Shown: positions 35,908 through 49,510, counted from the whole stretch's first letter. The stretch: 63,644 nt of DNA, filler included, from Octopus bimaculoides (GCF_001194135.2; 12 parts of 9 records of this genome joined end to end with filler, not necessarily neighbours in it); one strand, 5' to 3'. A program made the numbers and translations. Notes: generated by a model not told the origin, from the letters alone.

Positions 35908-36661
35908 ATAAAGCAGCCGAAATGTAGCAGAAAAAGTTTAAACCGTGTATTGTTGTAAAATTTGAGGAACGGAAAATGACGATATATTACCTCGGTAATA
36001 TATATGTTATGTTTCTGCGTCTTATTTATTTTATATGCTATAATATATGATGTTATCTCTGATATATGTTATGCTTCAATAATTCTGGTTACGCATGAAC
36101 TAATGAGAAATTCACTGCATTTGGAGCTTACAAGGATGTTTTCTATGCAGTTTTCAGGCAAGAAATAACAAATATTTTCTGAGAAAACGATATGATAAAA
36201 TCATTGCCAGTTTTTTTATCCAGTCATACAACGAAACTAAACACAGACACACTTGCGCGCGCGCTAACTTATATCTTTATATACATATGCACATATATAA
36301 CATACACACACGTACACACACACACACATATATATATATCCCAAGCGTTACTCATTACAATTCGTCTTGGCCTAACGGCCCTTAATGTTTGCCTTCATCG
36401 ATTGTTTACTCTGTACGTCCACTCTGTATTTGTTCGTTCGTTCGAAGGTCTAACTCACTATGAATTTTATATTTCTAAAATTTCTGGATGCTGCTGTCTT
36501 ATGAAATTCCCTATATCATCGTCAAAAGCATGAAATAGGAGCAATAAACAGTCCAACAACTGATGAAGAGTTATCTTCTTTTGCTATTTTGTACTTTTCT
36601 CTCGTATGTTTCCTTTTTTTTCTACTTGTTGGTGATGCCTTGTACACAATGTGTATTTACC

Positions 36662-36703
<42 letters not shown>

Positions 36704-36811
36704 NNNNNNNNNNNNNNNNNNNNNNNNNNNNNNNNNNNNNNNNNNNNTTAATTAATTAANNNNNNNNNNNNNNNNNNNNNNNNNNNNNNNNNNNNNNNNN
36801 NNNTATATATA

Positions 36812-36843
<32 letters not shown>

Positions 36844-37141
36844 CACATACATACGTACACACACATACACATACATATGCACATACAAACACGCACGCGC
36901 GCACCCACAGATGCACACACACACACAGGCATACATAAATACATGCATATATTTATACAGGCACATAGGAGTTTGCAAACCTCTATCTGTGTGTGTGCGT
37001 GCGTGCATTTGTGTTTGAGCGCGCATGCGTGATGGTGAGTGTGTATGTATGAGTGTGGGAGGGTGCCTGTGTGCGCGCGCATGCGTGCGCGTGTGTGTGT
37101 GTGTGTGTGTGTGTGCGTGTGTGCGTACATTTACATATATG

Positions 37142-37174
<33 letters not shown>

Positions 37175-38383
37175 ACATATATAACTGCCTTGTTTGTATT
37201 GGACGGAAGAGCCTTGCCTGCAACAGTCACTGCTGAAAACAACTTGGAAAGGAAAAAAAGAAGCGTTGTTGTCTGCTAACCTAACTATTCGCTTCAGTTG
37301 CATCGGCTGACAACTACACAGAAAGGAGCAACAATTTTGCGTCCCGTCAAAAGAAAAAACAAAACTATCTTATTGTCTTAACAATAATCAGCGCCCAGCG
37401 TTAATTTTCCTANNNNNNNNNNNNNNNNNNNNNNNNNNNNNNNNNNNNNNNNNNNNNNNNNNNNNNNNNNNNNNNNNNNNNNNNNNNNNNNNNNNNNNNN
37501 NNNNNNNNNNNNNNNNNNNNNNNNNNNNNNNNNNNNNNNNNNNNNNNNNNNNNNNNNNNNNNNNNNNNNNNNNNNNNNNNNNNNNNNNNNNNNNNNNNNN
37601 NNNNNNNNNNNNNNNNNNNNNNNNNNNNNNNNNNNNNNNNNNNNNNNNNNNNNNNNNNNNNNNNNNNNNNNNNNNNNNNNNNNNNNNNNNNNNNNNNNNN
37701 NNNNNNNNNNNNNNNNNNNNNNNNNNNNNNNNNNNNNNNNNNNNNNNNNNNNNNNNNNNNNNNNNNNNNNNNNNNNNNNNNNNNNNNNNNNNNNNNNNNN
37801 NNNNNNNNNNNNNNNNNNNNNNNNNNNNNNNNNNNNNNNNNNNNNNNNNNNNNNNNNNNNNNNNNNNNNNNNNNNNNNNNNNNNNNNNNNNNNNNNNNNN
37901 NNNNNNNNNNNNNNNNNNNNNNNNNNNNNNNNNNNNNNNNNNNNNNNNNNNNNNNNNNNNNNNNNNNNNNNNNNNNNNNNNNNNNNNNNNNNNNNNNNNN
38001 NNNNNNNNNNNNNNNNNNNNNNNNNNNNNNNNNNNNNNNNNNNNNNNNNNNNNNNNNNNNNNNNNNNNNNNNNNNNNNNNNNNNNNNNNNNNNNNNNNNN
38101 NNNNNNNNNNNNNNNNNNNNNNNNNNNNNNNNNNNNNNNNNNNNNNNNNNNNNNNNNNNNNNNNNNNNNNNNNNNNNNNNNNNNNNNNNNNNNNNNNNNN
38201 NNNNNNNNNNNNNNNNNNNNNNNNNNNNNNNNNNNNNNNNNNNNNNNNNNNNNNNNNNNNNNNNNNNNNNNNNNNNNNNNNNNNNNNNNNNNNNNNNNNN
38301 NNNNNNNNNNNNNNNNNNNNNNNNNNNNNNNNNNNNNNNNNNNNNNNNNNNNNNNNNNNNNNNNNNNNNNNNNNNNNNNNNNN

Positions 38384-38421
<38 letters not shown>

Positions 38422-38569
38422 GACCGGTTTCGATACACTGTTTGTCTACAAAATTCACTCACAAAGTCCTGGTCGGCCCGAGGCTATAGTAGAAGTTGTT
38501 ACTGTATAATGTAGTTGCGAAGCGGCCTTCTTAATCACTCAACTATGCTTGTGCCTCAATATTTCTCGG

Positions 38570-38900
38570 TTGACATCTTTGCATGAAATTTGTTTTTAGC
38601 TACAAACTACTGAAAACACTTGTTCACAACGTTTCTTTCTGGTCTGAGTTGTTTGGCTGTTGCTGTTACTTGAAAATTCTAATGTTTTTTTACAAACCTC
38701 ACGTATCCCTCAATTTTTCTTCCATACGACGAGGTTTACATGTACCCTGGTTGGAGAACTCCCAGGCAAGCATGGAAGCTGCGGGTGTGAGCTCGGGTGA
38801 AGTCGCCTGTAAGTGAAAATCTCGGTGGTAGTAGCAAATATTCTAACTGTATACCTTGGAGACCTGTTGCAGACAGTGTGTACGGAGGAACGGACCAACT
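38570..38900 (-). mobile_element. Possible Tc1/mariner transposase remnant
   Basis: LPGSSPTRVHVNLVVWKK loosely resembles the WPxxSPDLNPxDxxVW motif; highly degraded. Confidence 0.3.
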
Positions 38901-39125
38901 CGAGAGCTGTAAATCGTTACGGACCCGGATTTTCCCAGAAAGAATGTAGTAGAATATCAATTTTCTAATATTAGTTAGAAAGCAGTAGAATATCAGCCAT
39001 CTTAGAAAACTTTGCACCATTTCTTCTGTCCCTCCGTTCTATGAGTTCAAATTCTGTCGATGCCGTCTTAGCCTTTAAACAAATCGGCATTGCTATATAA
39101 AGTAGCTGTCATATTTCGATCCCTC

Positions 39126-39182
<57 letters not shown>

Positions 39183-40978
39183 TTCCTTTCTTTTTTTTCT
39201 TTTTTTCTAAATTGGTTTCTTGAAGGATCCGCAAAAACAGTATTCATGTCACAGACTTATTTATCTTATCCCTACTCAGGGGACACAACGAATCAGAAAG
39301 AATGATCATTATTACTTGTAGATAAGTTCATAGATGTCTTCGATTAGTTAAATTTTCGAAAAGAGTGAAAATCTTGACGTATTGGGCTTTTTTTCCATCG
39401 TCGGTCCGAATTCCTCTATAGACTAATAACTGGCTATGCAAACCATTACCAAATTGCCCTTGGATTTAAGATTTTATTTTGTTGGAATCATCGACCAGTT
39501 GTTGTTGCTGTTTGCCGCCAACAGGTCAACCTTGAGAAGACTTATCTTTAAATGTCCTCTTGCTAGGATCATTCTGTCACGTTATTTTTCAAACATTGTA
39601 TATCTTATCTTTTAGCATAATAATCTCTGTTAAATTTTTGGCGCCAGGCCAACAATATTAAAGGGCGGGTTTATTCGAAAACCCCATCAAAACAAGCTCT
39701 TATTAGAATGTAGTTTTGGTTGAAGCCCACACACTTGTACTTTTGTTTTAATACTCCTATGCTTAGTATGCTAGATATGTAGCACATGCTGTGAGTAGAT
39801 ACTAAATTTGGCACTAAGTATTGATAAAGTAAATTGCTTACAAGAGATTTTGGAACTCTGAGATAAAACGCACCAAATCTCTCATGCTTACGAAAAGCAG
39901 AAAAATTATTTCAAACTCCTTATCCCGCTCTTCGTTATACATACTTACTCGACAATAAACAGAACAAACGTGGCGCGCAAAGGAGTTTATTCTATTCTGT
40001 TTTGTTTCATTTTGTTTATTTACTTATTCATTTATACATTGTGTAATATAACCGTACATTCACTTTATTCTTACTGAACCAGTCATTTCGAAAAGTTTTA
40101 GGTATTTTTTGTACTTTTTTTGTTGTTGAAATTATTGTATTGCCATTTCCAACTGCATTCGAGATTTCTCACGAGACGGGTTTAAAAATTTGCTAATTAG
40201 AACTCAGTGAAATTACTTTTTTCAAACATGGCTTAAATGTTTAAAAAATATGTCAGTAAAAAAATTAGTTCAGTGAAATGAGCTGAACAATTGCAATTAG
40301 CAGACATAAGCGACTAGGATATCAGAACTATAAAACTTTTTGCCACCCTATTTTTTGAAAACATATGCTGCTTTATCCCAATTAGTTTTGAAATTAATAA
40401 AGCAGGACGATTTCAAATTTTGGCACAAGGCCAGCAATTTTAAGGCAGTGGGACAATTTTAAGGCAGTGGGACAATCGACCTTAATATTCGACTGGTACT
40501 GTTACTCACTTTATCGACCCCANNNNNNNNNNNNNNNNNNNNNNNNNNNNNNNNNNNNNNNNNNNNTTAATTAATTAANNNNNNNNNNNNNNNNNNNNNN
40601 NNNNNNNNNNNNNNNNNNNNNNAAAAAAACAAAAACAAAACAAGACAAAACAAACTATCTACAAATGTACAGTTAACGTGTGTAGGATGTTAAGATTATT
40701 CAAATACTTATATTTACTTATGCGTCAAACATTAAAATCTTGGATTAGAAGTTGAATCAGCGTTAGAGCCATCAGTATTTTTATCATTTCAGTTGAATTC
40801 AGAATGTAGACAATGTAGGTTGTGACTGTTTTTATAAGTTTCTGTAAAATGTTAAAAAGGACAAGAGATGTGATGTATCGGTATGCTGAGTTTAAATAGC
40901 TGGATACCAGGATGAAATAACAACTAATACTAAACACACACGCGCACATTCAAATACATAGATACTCATACATTTATA

Positions 40979-41196
40979 CAAAAGGATGCCGAGAAGTTCC
41001 TGGCCATAGCTAAAAGAAAATACAGGAAATCAGTTAATGATTTTATCCAACATATTCCCTTCTCAGATTCACACACTTATTGCAGCAGTCTTTCTTTTCA
41101 GTTTTTTCAAAGCCTTGTAAAAGAAATTGGAAGGTTGGGCCTTCAGCCTGGCCTATCACGATACCCTTAAATCAGGAACTTTTCAGCACCCCCGGG
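40979..41196. mobile_element. Mariner-type MITE
   Basis: TA-flanked imperfect TIRs (CAAAGGATGCCGAGAAGTTCCTG / CAGGAACTTTTCAGCACCCCCGGG). Confidence 0.55.
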
Positions 41197-41307
41197 TACA
41201 TACCAAAGTACACACACGCGTATGAACATACACGCATGCATGCGCACCCATAGACACAAGACATCATAGACACAAGACATCATAAATATATATATCTAGA
41301 GAGAAAG

Positions 41308-41347
<40 letters not shown>

Positions 41348-42357
41348 GAGAGATAAACAGAGAGGGTGAGAAGCTAAAAGAAGCCAGTATTGACAACGAG
41401 CGCTCTTTCTCCATTGATATCCTCTCAAGCTTTCATCTCACCCCCACTTGCCTTCCGTTTCGTTAATCACTAATTCTTTTCAATAGTGTTTAATTTCTAT
41501 TGTACTTGGTATGNNNNNNNNNNNNNNNNNNNNNNNNNNNNNNNNNNNNNNNNNNNNNNNNNNNNNNNNNNNNNNNNNNNNNNNNNNNNNNNNNNNNNNN
41601 NNNNNNNNNNNNNNNNNNNNNNNNNNNNNNNNNNNNNNNNNNNNNNNNNNNNNNNNNNNNNNNNNNNNNNNNNNNNNNNNNNNNNNNNNNNNNNNNNNNN
41701 NNNNNNNNNNNNNNNNNNNNNNNNNNNNNNNNNNNNNNNNNNNNNNNNNNNNNNNNNNNNNNNNNNNNNNNNNNNNNNNNNNNNNNNNNNNNNNNNNNNN
41801 NNNNNNNNNNNNNNNNNNNNNNNNNNNNNNNNNNNNNNNNNNNNNNNNNNNNNNNNNNNNNNNNNNNNNNNNNNNNNNNNNNNNNNNNNNNNNNNNNNNN
41901 NNNNNNNNNNNNNNNNNNNNNNNNNNNNNNNNNNNNNNNNNNNNNNNNNNNNNNNNNNNNNNNNNNNNNNNNNNNNNNNNNNNNNNNNNNNNNNNNNNNN
42001 NNNNNNNNNNNNNNNNNNNNNNNNNNNNNNNNNNNNNNNNNNNNNNNNNNNNNNNNNNNNNNNNNNNNNNNNNNNNNNNNNNNNNNNNNNNNNNNNNNNN
42101 NNNNNNNNNNNNNNNNNNNNNNNGGGGGGGGGGGTAAGAAGAGGGGATTATTAGCACCAAGCATTTACATAAAAAAATGTGCTTGTGTTTGTTTTGTAAA
42201 TACATTTGTGCGATTATGCGTCTATAAAATTTATGTTTGCATACATATAGATATGTTTGTGTGTGTGTGTGTGTGAGAGTGTATGTGAGTGTGTGTGTGT
42301 GTGATGTATGTGTTCTCCTGCGTGTATGCATATTTATGTGTTATGTATCCATATATT

Positions 42358-42389
<32 letters not shown>

Positions 42390-43334
42390 TGTATCTTTCT
42401 ATTTTAGTGTTTGCTTTTATGCTATGATATAAACATTAAATTGTTTTGCTCAATACATATGATAGAGTACAAATTTAATAATAACAAGAATAGTACAGAG
42501 AGCGACTTCGAAGTTTCGGCCAGTCTATCTACTCCTCATTTCGTGCGAGGGTCGTTCTCTGTCCTTGTCTTGTTTTCCATTTTTCTCTCGTTGTTTTCGT
42601 ATTTCATATTGTTTACAGTTGATGACGTCTTGTATCCATATATGTATATGTATGGATATATAACTCTGCTTGCAATGCAATAATNNNNNNNNNNNNNNNN
42701 NNNNNNNNNNNNNNNNNNNNNNNNNNNNNNNNNNNNNNNNNNNNNNNNNNNNNNNNNNNNNNNNNNNNNNNNNNNNNNNNNNNNNNNNNNNNNNNNNNNN
42801 NNNNNNNNNNNNNNNNNNNNNNNNNNNNNNNNNNNNNNNNNNNNNNNNNNNNNNNNNNNNNNNNNNNNNNNNNNNNNNNNNNNNNNNNNNNNNNNNNNNN
42901 NNNNNNNNNNNNNNNNNNNNNNNNNNNNNNNNNNNNNNNNNNNNNNNNNNNNNNNNNNNNNNNNNNNNNNNNNNNNNNNNNNNNNNNNNNNNNNNNNNNN
43001 NNNNNNNNNNNNNNNNNNNNNNNNNNNNNNNNNNNNNNNNNNNNNNNNNNNNNNNNNNNNNNNNNNNNNNNNNNNNNNNNNNNNNNNNNNNNNNNNNNNN
43101 NNNNNNNNNNNNNNNNNNNNNNNNNNNNNNNNNNNNNNNNNNNNNNNNNNNNNNNNNNNNNNNNNNNNNNNNNNNNNNNNNNNNNNNNNNNNNNNNNNNN
43201 NNNNNNNNNNNNNNNNNNNNNNNNNNNNNNNNNNATGTAATAGCACTTACTTTGATGAATAAAATTGTCACATTGCTGAAATATACTGATGAATTTCATG
43301 TTTCAAAACTTTGCTTACTTTTTACTCAGCCTGA

Positions 43335-43397
<63 letters not shown>

Positions 43398-44156
43398 ATA
43401 TATATAACCTAAATAATCATCCAGTGATAAAACAGCTTTAACAGATCTTTAATGTTTCGTTACTATCGTTTCTGTGCCAACTCTGCTTGCAACGCAATAT
43501 TCGAAGTGAAAATTTACGTAATATTTGCGGTTTTAGACATTAAAGTGAGGCTTCAACAGACTTGCATCGAAGGTGCGCCCTGATATTATGCATCTTCTAG
43601 ACTTTTTCTTTTTTGCTCATGTCGGGAGGAAACAAAAAGTAAATAAAAGTATAGTTAAGGGATGAATAATTAGTATAGCGATCATGTGAGAAGGATGATG
43701 AAGAAGAAGAAGAAGAAGAAGAAGGTGGTACATTTGGATCGTTGGATACCCTCTCACATTACAACTGGATAGTATCCCCATTCCATGGTACGTCATGTAA
43801 GGCAGACTGACCGATAAATAGCTATCTATTTATCGGTCAGTCTGGGATAAAGAGAGACAAACAAAGATACAATCATTTAGACCCCCGTTCTTGCATCCCT
43901 CACTCCCCCTCCCAAACCCACCTCCCCTCCCTACTTTCCTACATACATACATACATACATACATACATACATTTACACATAGAAACATACAACGAGATAA
44001 GTGAATAGATGCTTATTTAGCTTCCTTCCAAGATATACATGTTTATATTTATATGNNNNNNNNNNNNNNNNNNNNNNNNNNNNNNNNNNNNNNNNNNNNT
44101 TAATTAATTAANNNNNNNNNNNNNNNNNNNNNNNNNNNNNNNNNNNNNNNNNNNNA

Positions 44157-44625
44157 AGGTCGTTTATATAGACTATAAAGAGAAGCGGGTCCAAGACAGT
44201 CCCCTGAGGTAAACCATTGGTGACTTTTGTTGGGCTCGAGTGGATTCAACCGATCACAACATGTGTTCTGTTCTCCAGGAAATACTCAAGCCAGTGTAGT
44301 AGTTTTCCACGGATTCCAACATTTGACAAATTTGTCAGTAGGATATTATGGTCAACTCTGTCGAACGCTTTACTGAAGTCAAGATATATGACATATATGT
44401 GTTCGAAGGATATCATCGATGCGGTGTAAGAGCTGTGTTAGTCCCTGCCGCAGCGAAAGCCATGCTGATTTGAATTTAGGAGATTGTGGCTCTCCAGGAA
44501 GCTAGCTATCCTTGATCTTACCATCCTTTCAAATATTTTAATGATATGGGGAGGGGTGAGATTGGGCGATAGTTGATTGTGAGGGATCTGTTTGAAGACT
44601 AGGATGACAGACTGTGGTAAGAGCT
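44157..44625 (-). mobile_element. CR1/L2-clade LINE reverse transcriptase fragment
   Basis: KIFERMV...QHGFR, YLDFSKAFDRVDH, GLPQGTVLDPLLFIVYINDL; contains internal stops. Confidence 0.9.
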
Positions 44626-45244
44626 GTTTCGGTATGTATGTATGTATGTATGTACGCACGCATTTGTGTATGTATATTATATGTACCCGTGACCCGCTGG
44701 GTCACAACCACTCCAAGTTGAAAATGTCAAAGCAAAGGAAAAAAGTACTATTTCATATTTGATGGAATAAAATTCTTAAATAATACAGTTCTACCTTTGG
44801 TGTGACAATATAAACATGACCAAGTGTTTCTTCTTTGAAAACGTTCAAATGGCCTTCAACTTTTTTCTTCGCTTTCTTCTTTGCCATTATTTCTTACTAT
44901 TGTTCCAAGTGAAACTCATGGGTACTTCCAGCATAAAGGAATGTTTTTGTAAAGTCATCACTGATACGCAATGAAAAGAATTTCGTCAATGTTGTTCTCA
45001 TACGTCGTTTATTGACAGCCATATATATCCACATTATTTCTGCGCAATATTTTTCGTTCATCTGATAAATGAACTTGTAGTCTCACTATTGCAGGTGTTC
45101 TTTCATGAATTGAAAATCCTAAAATGGCTGTAACAGTTTCGAATGGTTCAATATACCTACCGATTAGATATTGACTAATTTCGTTATCATTGTTTACTTG
45201 AACAACTTTCAGTGTGTACTTGATGGCGTACTTAACTGACCTCA

Positions 45245-45810
45245 CGGATCTTTTTTAAAACGGGGGCCACATTTTTCATTAATGTTTTACGTAGTGTTTT
45301 TGGTACCGAAAGACTTTCAAACTTCGTATACTTATCTATTTTGTGTTATAGAACAGAAAAATATTTTTGTATTCGAATTTATTTCATGTAAAAAATTGTC
45401 TTATTTCGATAATTTCAACCAATCACTGACGTCCATTCAGCCGATATACATTAAGTGCCGACTACATAAACAAACGATTCTTCGTTTTATTTGCTTTTTT
45501 CATTTTAAATTTGCTTTAACCCTAACCCTAACCCTAACTCTAACCCTAACCCTAACCCTAACCCTAGGGTTAGGGTTAGGGTTAGGGTTAATTGTTTCAG
45601 AATCATTTGTTTATGTAGTCGGCGCTTAATGTATATCGGCTGAATGGACATCAGTGATTGGTTGAAATTACAGAAATACGACAACTTTAACATGGAATAA
45701 TTTATGGATTTCTTTTTTTTTAAGAAGACTAAGAGAAAAAGATGTTTTATATGACACATTCAAAGTGTTTCGTTAATGAAAAATGTGGCCCCCGTTTTAA
45801 AAAAGATCCG
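45245..45810. mobile_element. Non-autonomous foldback DNA transposon with a telomere-repeat core
   Basis: Perfect 38-bp TIRs (45245-45282 / 45773-45810), a second ~100-bp inner inverted pair (~45380-45480 / ~45598-45700), and a 6-bp TSD ACCTCA. Confidence 0.9.
45517..45590. repeat. (TAACCC)n-(GGGTTA)n interstitial telomere-type palindrome
   Basis: About 8 TAACCC units (one TAACTC variant) meet 4 GGGTTA units at CCCTAGGG (axis 45565/45566). Confidence 0.9.
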
Positions 45811-46078
45811 ACCTCACTTAGGCAACGATTTTAATATTACAGTGACGGATGTCCATAAAAGAGCTTCATTATAAGGCAAAATTTGGCAACACACCTGAAC
45901 TAAAGATATAACTAAATGTATATCGAAAAAAGGATATTCAGATTACACCAGTGTGCCATGGAATACCAGTTGCTGAGCACTGTTATAAGGTACAACCCAC
46001 TTGTTGATTGTTTTTCCAGTCTTATGAGATTCAACTCCTCCCATTGCAACTGATCTTCGTCTATAAAGAGATAGCTTC

Positions 46079-46399
46079 TCTGTCTGTTTTTCTGCCTTTT
46101 GGTTAGGGTTAGGGTTAAGATGATAAAGATCAATATTTTATTTTAGATAAAATAGTAATTTTCCCCTTTAAGAAAAAAAGTACCCTTGATTGAAAAAATA
46201 TAGGGGTTCTGAAAGTTGTATAAATGATCAACGGAAGAAAGCAGAAAGTAAGGAAAAAGGACGGTTGTAGCTACGATGACTCTTTGAAGTGTCGCCGCAA
46301 ATCGACATCTTAAACTTGACTTTCTTTTCTTAAAGGGGGAAATGACTATTTTATTTGTAATATTTATCATCTTAATCAAAGGGCAGGAAATCAGACAGA
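46079..46399. mobile_element. Second, older foldback/MITE with telomere hexamers in one arm
   Basis: Arms 46079-46176 and 46325-46399 are reverse-complementary (TGTCTG...TTAAGATGATAAA...ATAAAATAGT...CCCCTTTAAGAAAA). GGTTAGGGTTAGGGTTA is present only in the left arm. Confidence 0.65.
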
Positions 46400-46433
46400 C
46401 TAACTTTGAGTTTTAGTATATATATATATATAT

Positions 46434-46796
46434 GTTGGCACTCCGTCGCTTACGACCTCGAGGATTCCAGTTGATCCGATCAACAGAACAGCTTGCTCGT
46501 GAAATTAACGTGCAAGTGGCTGAGCACTCCACAGACACGTGTACCCTTAACGTAGTTCTCGGGTATATTCAGCGTGACACAGTGTGACAAGGCTGACTCT
46601 TTGAATTACAGGCACAAAAGAAATAGGAAGTAAGACTGAGAGAAAGTTGTGGTGAAAGAGTACAGCAGGGTTCACCACCATCCCCTGCCGGAGCCTCGTG
46701 GTGCTTTAGGTGTTTTCGCTCAATAAACACTCACAACGCCCGGTCTGGGAATCGAAACCGGGATCCTATGACTGCGAGTCCGCTGCCCTAACCACT
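46434..46796 (-). mobile_element. SINE family C (5' end lost in a gap)
   Basis: Colinear with 12628-13013. Confidence 0.85.
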
Positions 46797-47075
46797 NNNN
46801 NNNNNNNNNNNNNNNNNNNNNNNNNNNNNNNNNNNNNNNNTTAATTAATTAANNNNNNNNNNNNNNNNNNNNNNNNNNNNNNNNNNNNNNNNNNNNACCA
46901 GATCCTATTCACACATACAATAATAATGTATACAAAGGTGTTGCACAATGTTTGGTGGGTGGCCAAACCAGAAAGAAAAAATTATATAAACTTGAGGGTA
47001 AAGGTGAAGACGTTACACAAGATAGAGAAACGCGTTAAGAATACGTTAATTACACAATGATTGAATATACGTAGG

Positions 47076-47106
<31 letters not shown>

Positions 47107-49189
47107 GTGTGTATGCATGTTTGTGCATGTATGTGTGCGTATGCATGTTTATCTGTAAGCATGCATGTATGTATGTATATGTGTACGTGTGTATGTATAT
47201 ATGTATGCATGCATGTGTGTGTGTGTGTATGTATGTATGTATATATGTATATGTTTATGTATGCATGTATGCATGTATATATGTGTGCATGCANNNNNNN
47301 NNNNNNNNNNNNNNNNNNNNNNNNNNNNNNNNNNNNNNNNNNNNNNNNNNNNNNNNNNNNNNNNNNNNNNNNNNNNNNNNNNNNNNNNNNNNNTTTCTGC
47401 CAGCTCGCCGCCTTAATGTATGTATAATAATCCATGAATGCATATATGTTTGTTTTTTTTCCCCTATTTGTGTTGTGTGGATGTCTAAATAAAAGATGGC
47501 AAAGTTACGGCTGGAACGTCTTCCATCAGATATCTAACCTACAAAGACACAATCAATGGTGGAGCCTCTCGTTGGTATCTCGACTAGCCAAAAATAGTAG
47601 CCAAAATCTCATTCAAATCACGCTTCAAAAAAGTCGACTGAGAATATATTTCAGAAAAGAAGTCCTGTTCTATGTATATCATTCATGAATAAAAGATGGG
47701 ACGTCTTTGACCATAGGAGTACTCAATCAGGCTGACCCATGGTTAAACAAACAACATCTATTACGTACGATGATCTATCACTGAAGCCTTCCTGTATTCT
47801 TCTCTGTGCCAGCTTTGATCACAATATGGCTGACTTCGTTGAAAAATATCGCAGAACATGGCGCCTTCTAATTTCAATCATATACTAATTAGTAAATGAG
47901 TATAACTGTTTTCTATATTGATGTATGTATATATTAAATATGCGCGCACGCGTGTGTGTGTGTGTGTTGTTGTTTGTGTGTATGTATGTGGGCATACGTG
48001 TGTGTATGTATGCATATGAATATAGATTAGTTATAAATATGTGCGAGTGTATTCGTGTATGTGCTTGTATGTGTATGCTGGTGTGTAAGAGTTTGTATAA
48101 ATTTATATATAGAAAGAGCGAAGTGGGGGAGGCAGAGAAAGGGGGGTGGCGATTTAAAGTGTGTATAAAGAGAGATAAATGTGATATATGTCATATCTGT
48201 ATCTGTATGCGTACGTGCATGTGTATAGGTATGTATACGTGTACGTATATTATATGCAGACATACATAGACTTATAATGTGTATGTGAGCGTGTTTGTAT
48301 GTATGTATGTATGCATGTATGTATGTATGTATGTATGTATGCATGTATGCATNNNNNNNNNNNNNNNNNNNNNNNNNNNNNNNNNNNNNNNNNNNNTTAA
48401 TTAATTAANNNNNNNNNNNNNNNNNNNNNNNNNNNNNNNNNNNNNNNNNNNNTATATATATATGGTTCAAAGTTGTACAAATAAAACAAACAAACAAGAG
48501 TCAGACAGGTGAGGGAACAAACAAGGTGAGAGTTAACTATATGACCAGTATGCAGGCAGGGATCTGTCAAACCTTTGTCCTCAAACCTCCTCTGTTAATC
48601 ACAGTCCCCACCAAGATATTACAGTGGATATTTCAGACTGGCTGCCCACGGGGAACTCCTGTATGGTGATGAATTTGTTCTGTGAAAACTTTGGAAAAAA
48701 ATATTCCCAACATGGAATCAAAAACGTGGAATTGAAGGTTTTTAAAGTAAACCCCAGTCGATGAAAGGGTGGCTGAGTTGCAGAAGGTTAAAATTCAGTA
48801 GGGTTTTTTTTTTTGGAATATTTTAACAAAAGAATGAAAAAAAAAAGAGACTGATGAAGAAAAAAATCTTTCAAATGTTTGTATGAAGATTTAAAGGAAT
48901 TCAATATAAGAGGATGTACAGAGGTATAACGGTTAGTGTGTATACATATGCACAACACACGTATCGACACAAACGTTTCCACATCAACTGAGATGTGATG
49001 AGATGCAACAAGAATTCTTCAGTCTACAAAGAAAGCATACTCTACACACACACACACATAAACATATATTTATATACATACACATATACACTTCTAAACA
49101 TTACCCTTCTGGCTTCAAACTTCTTTCAAGAAACTACAGAACATTTTAAACCTTGTTTACTTAGTTTATTTATATACTTTGATGCAATT

Positions 49190-49220
<31 letters not shown>

Positions 49221-49452
49221 TTCAAAATTGGTTTAGGTCTTTGTATTTTTATTTATTTATGTTTTTTTTTTGGTTTGTTTTATGTACACATTACTTACAA
49301 TAAATACATTTTGGAGCCAGGAAAAATACAATTCATCAAAAAACAACCATTGATGATAGTGATGAATGTGGTGGTGGTGGTGGTGGTGATTTCACACACA
49401 CACACATACACACACAAAGATGTGTATATCTATATGTGTGCATATGTATCTG

Positions 49453-49510
<58 letters not shown>

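Larger units (their letters stand above)
44745..46075 (-). mobile_element. Helitron Rep/helicase remnant, interrupted by a foldback element
   Basis: LYRRRS...NKWVVPYN, HCNIK...VRSVKYAIKY, NEISQYLIGRYI...GFSIHERTPAIVRLQVHL, TTLTKFF and YYLRIL; these are Helitron Rep motifs in the correct order. Confidence 0.8.

Noticed and set aside
45517-45590. Ancient telomere-telomere chromosome fusion site
   Set aside because: An end-to-end fusion gives (TTAGGG)n-(CCCTAA)n. Here the order is reversed, and the array sits inside a TIR element with a TSD.
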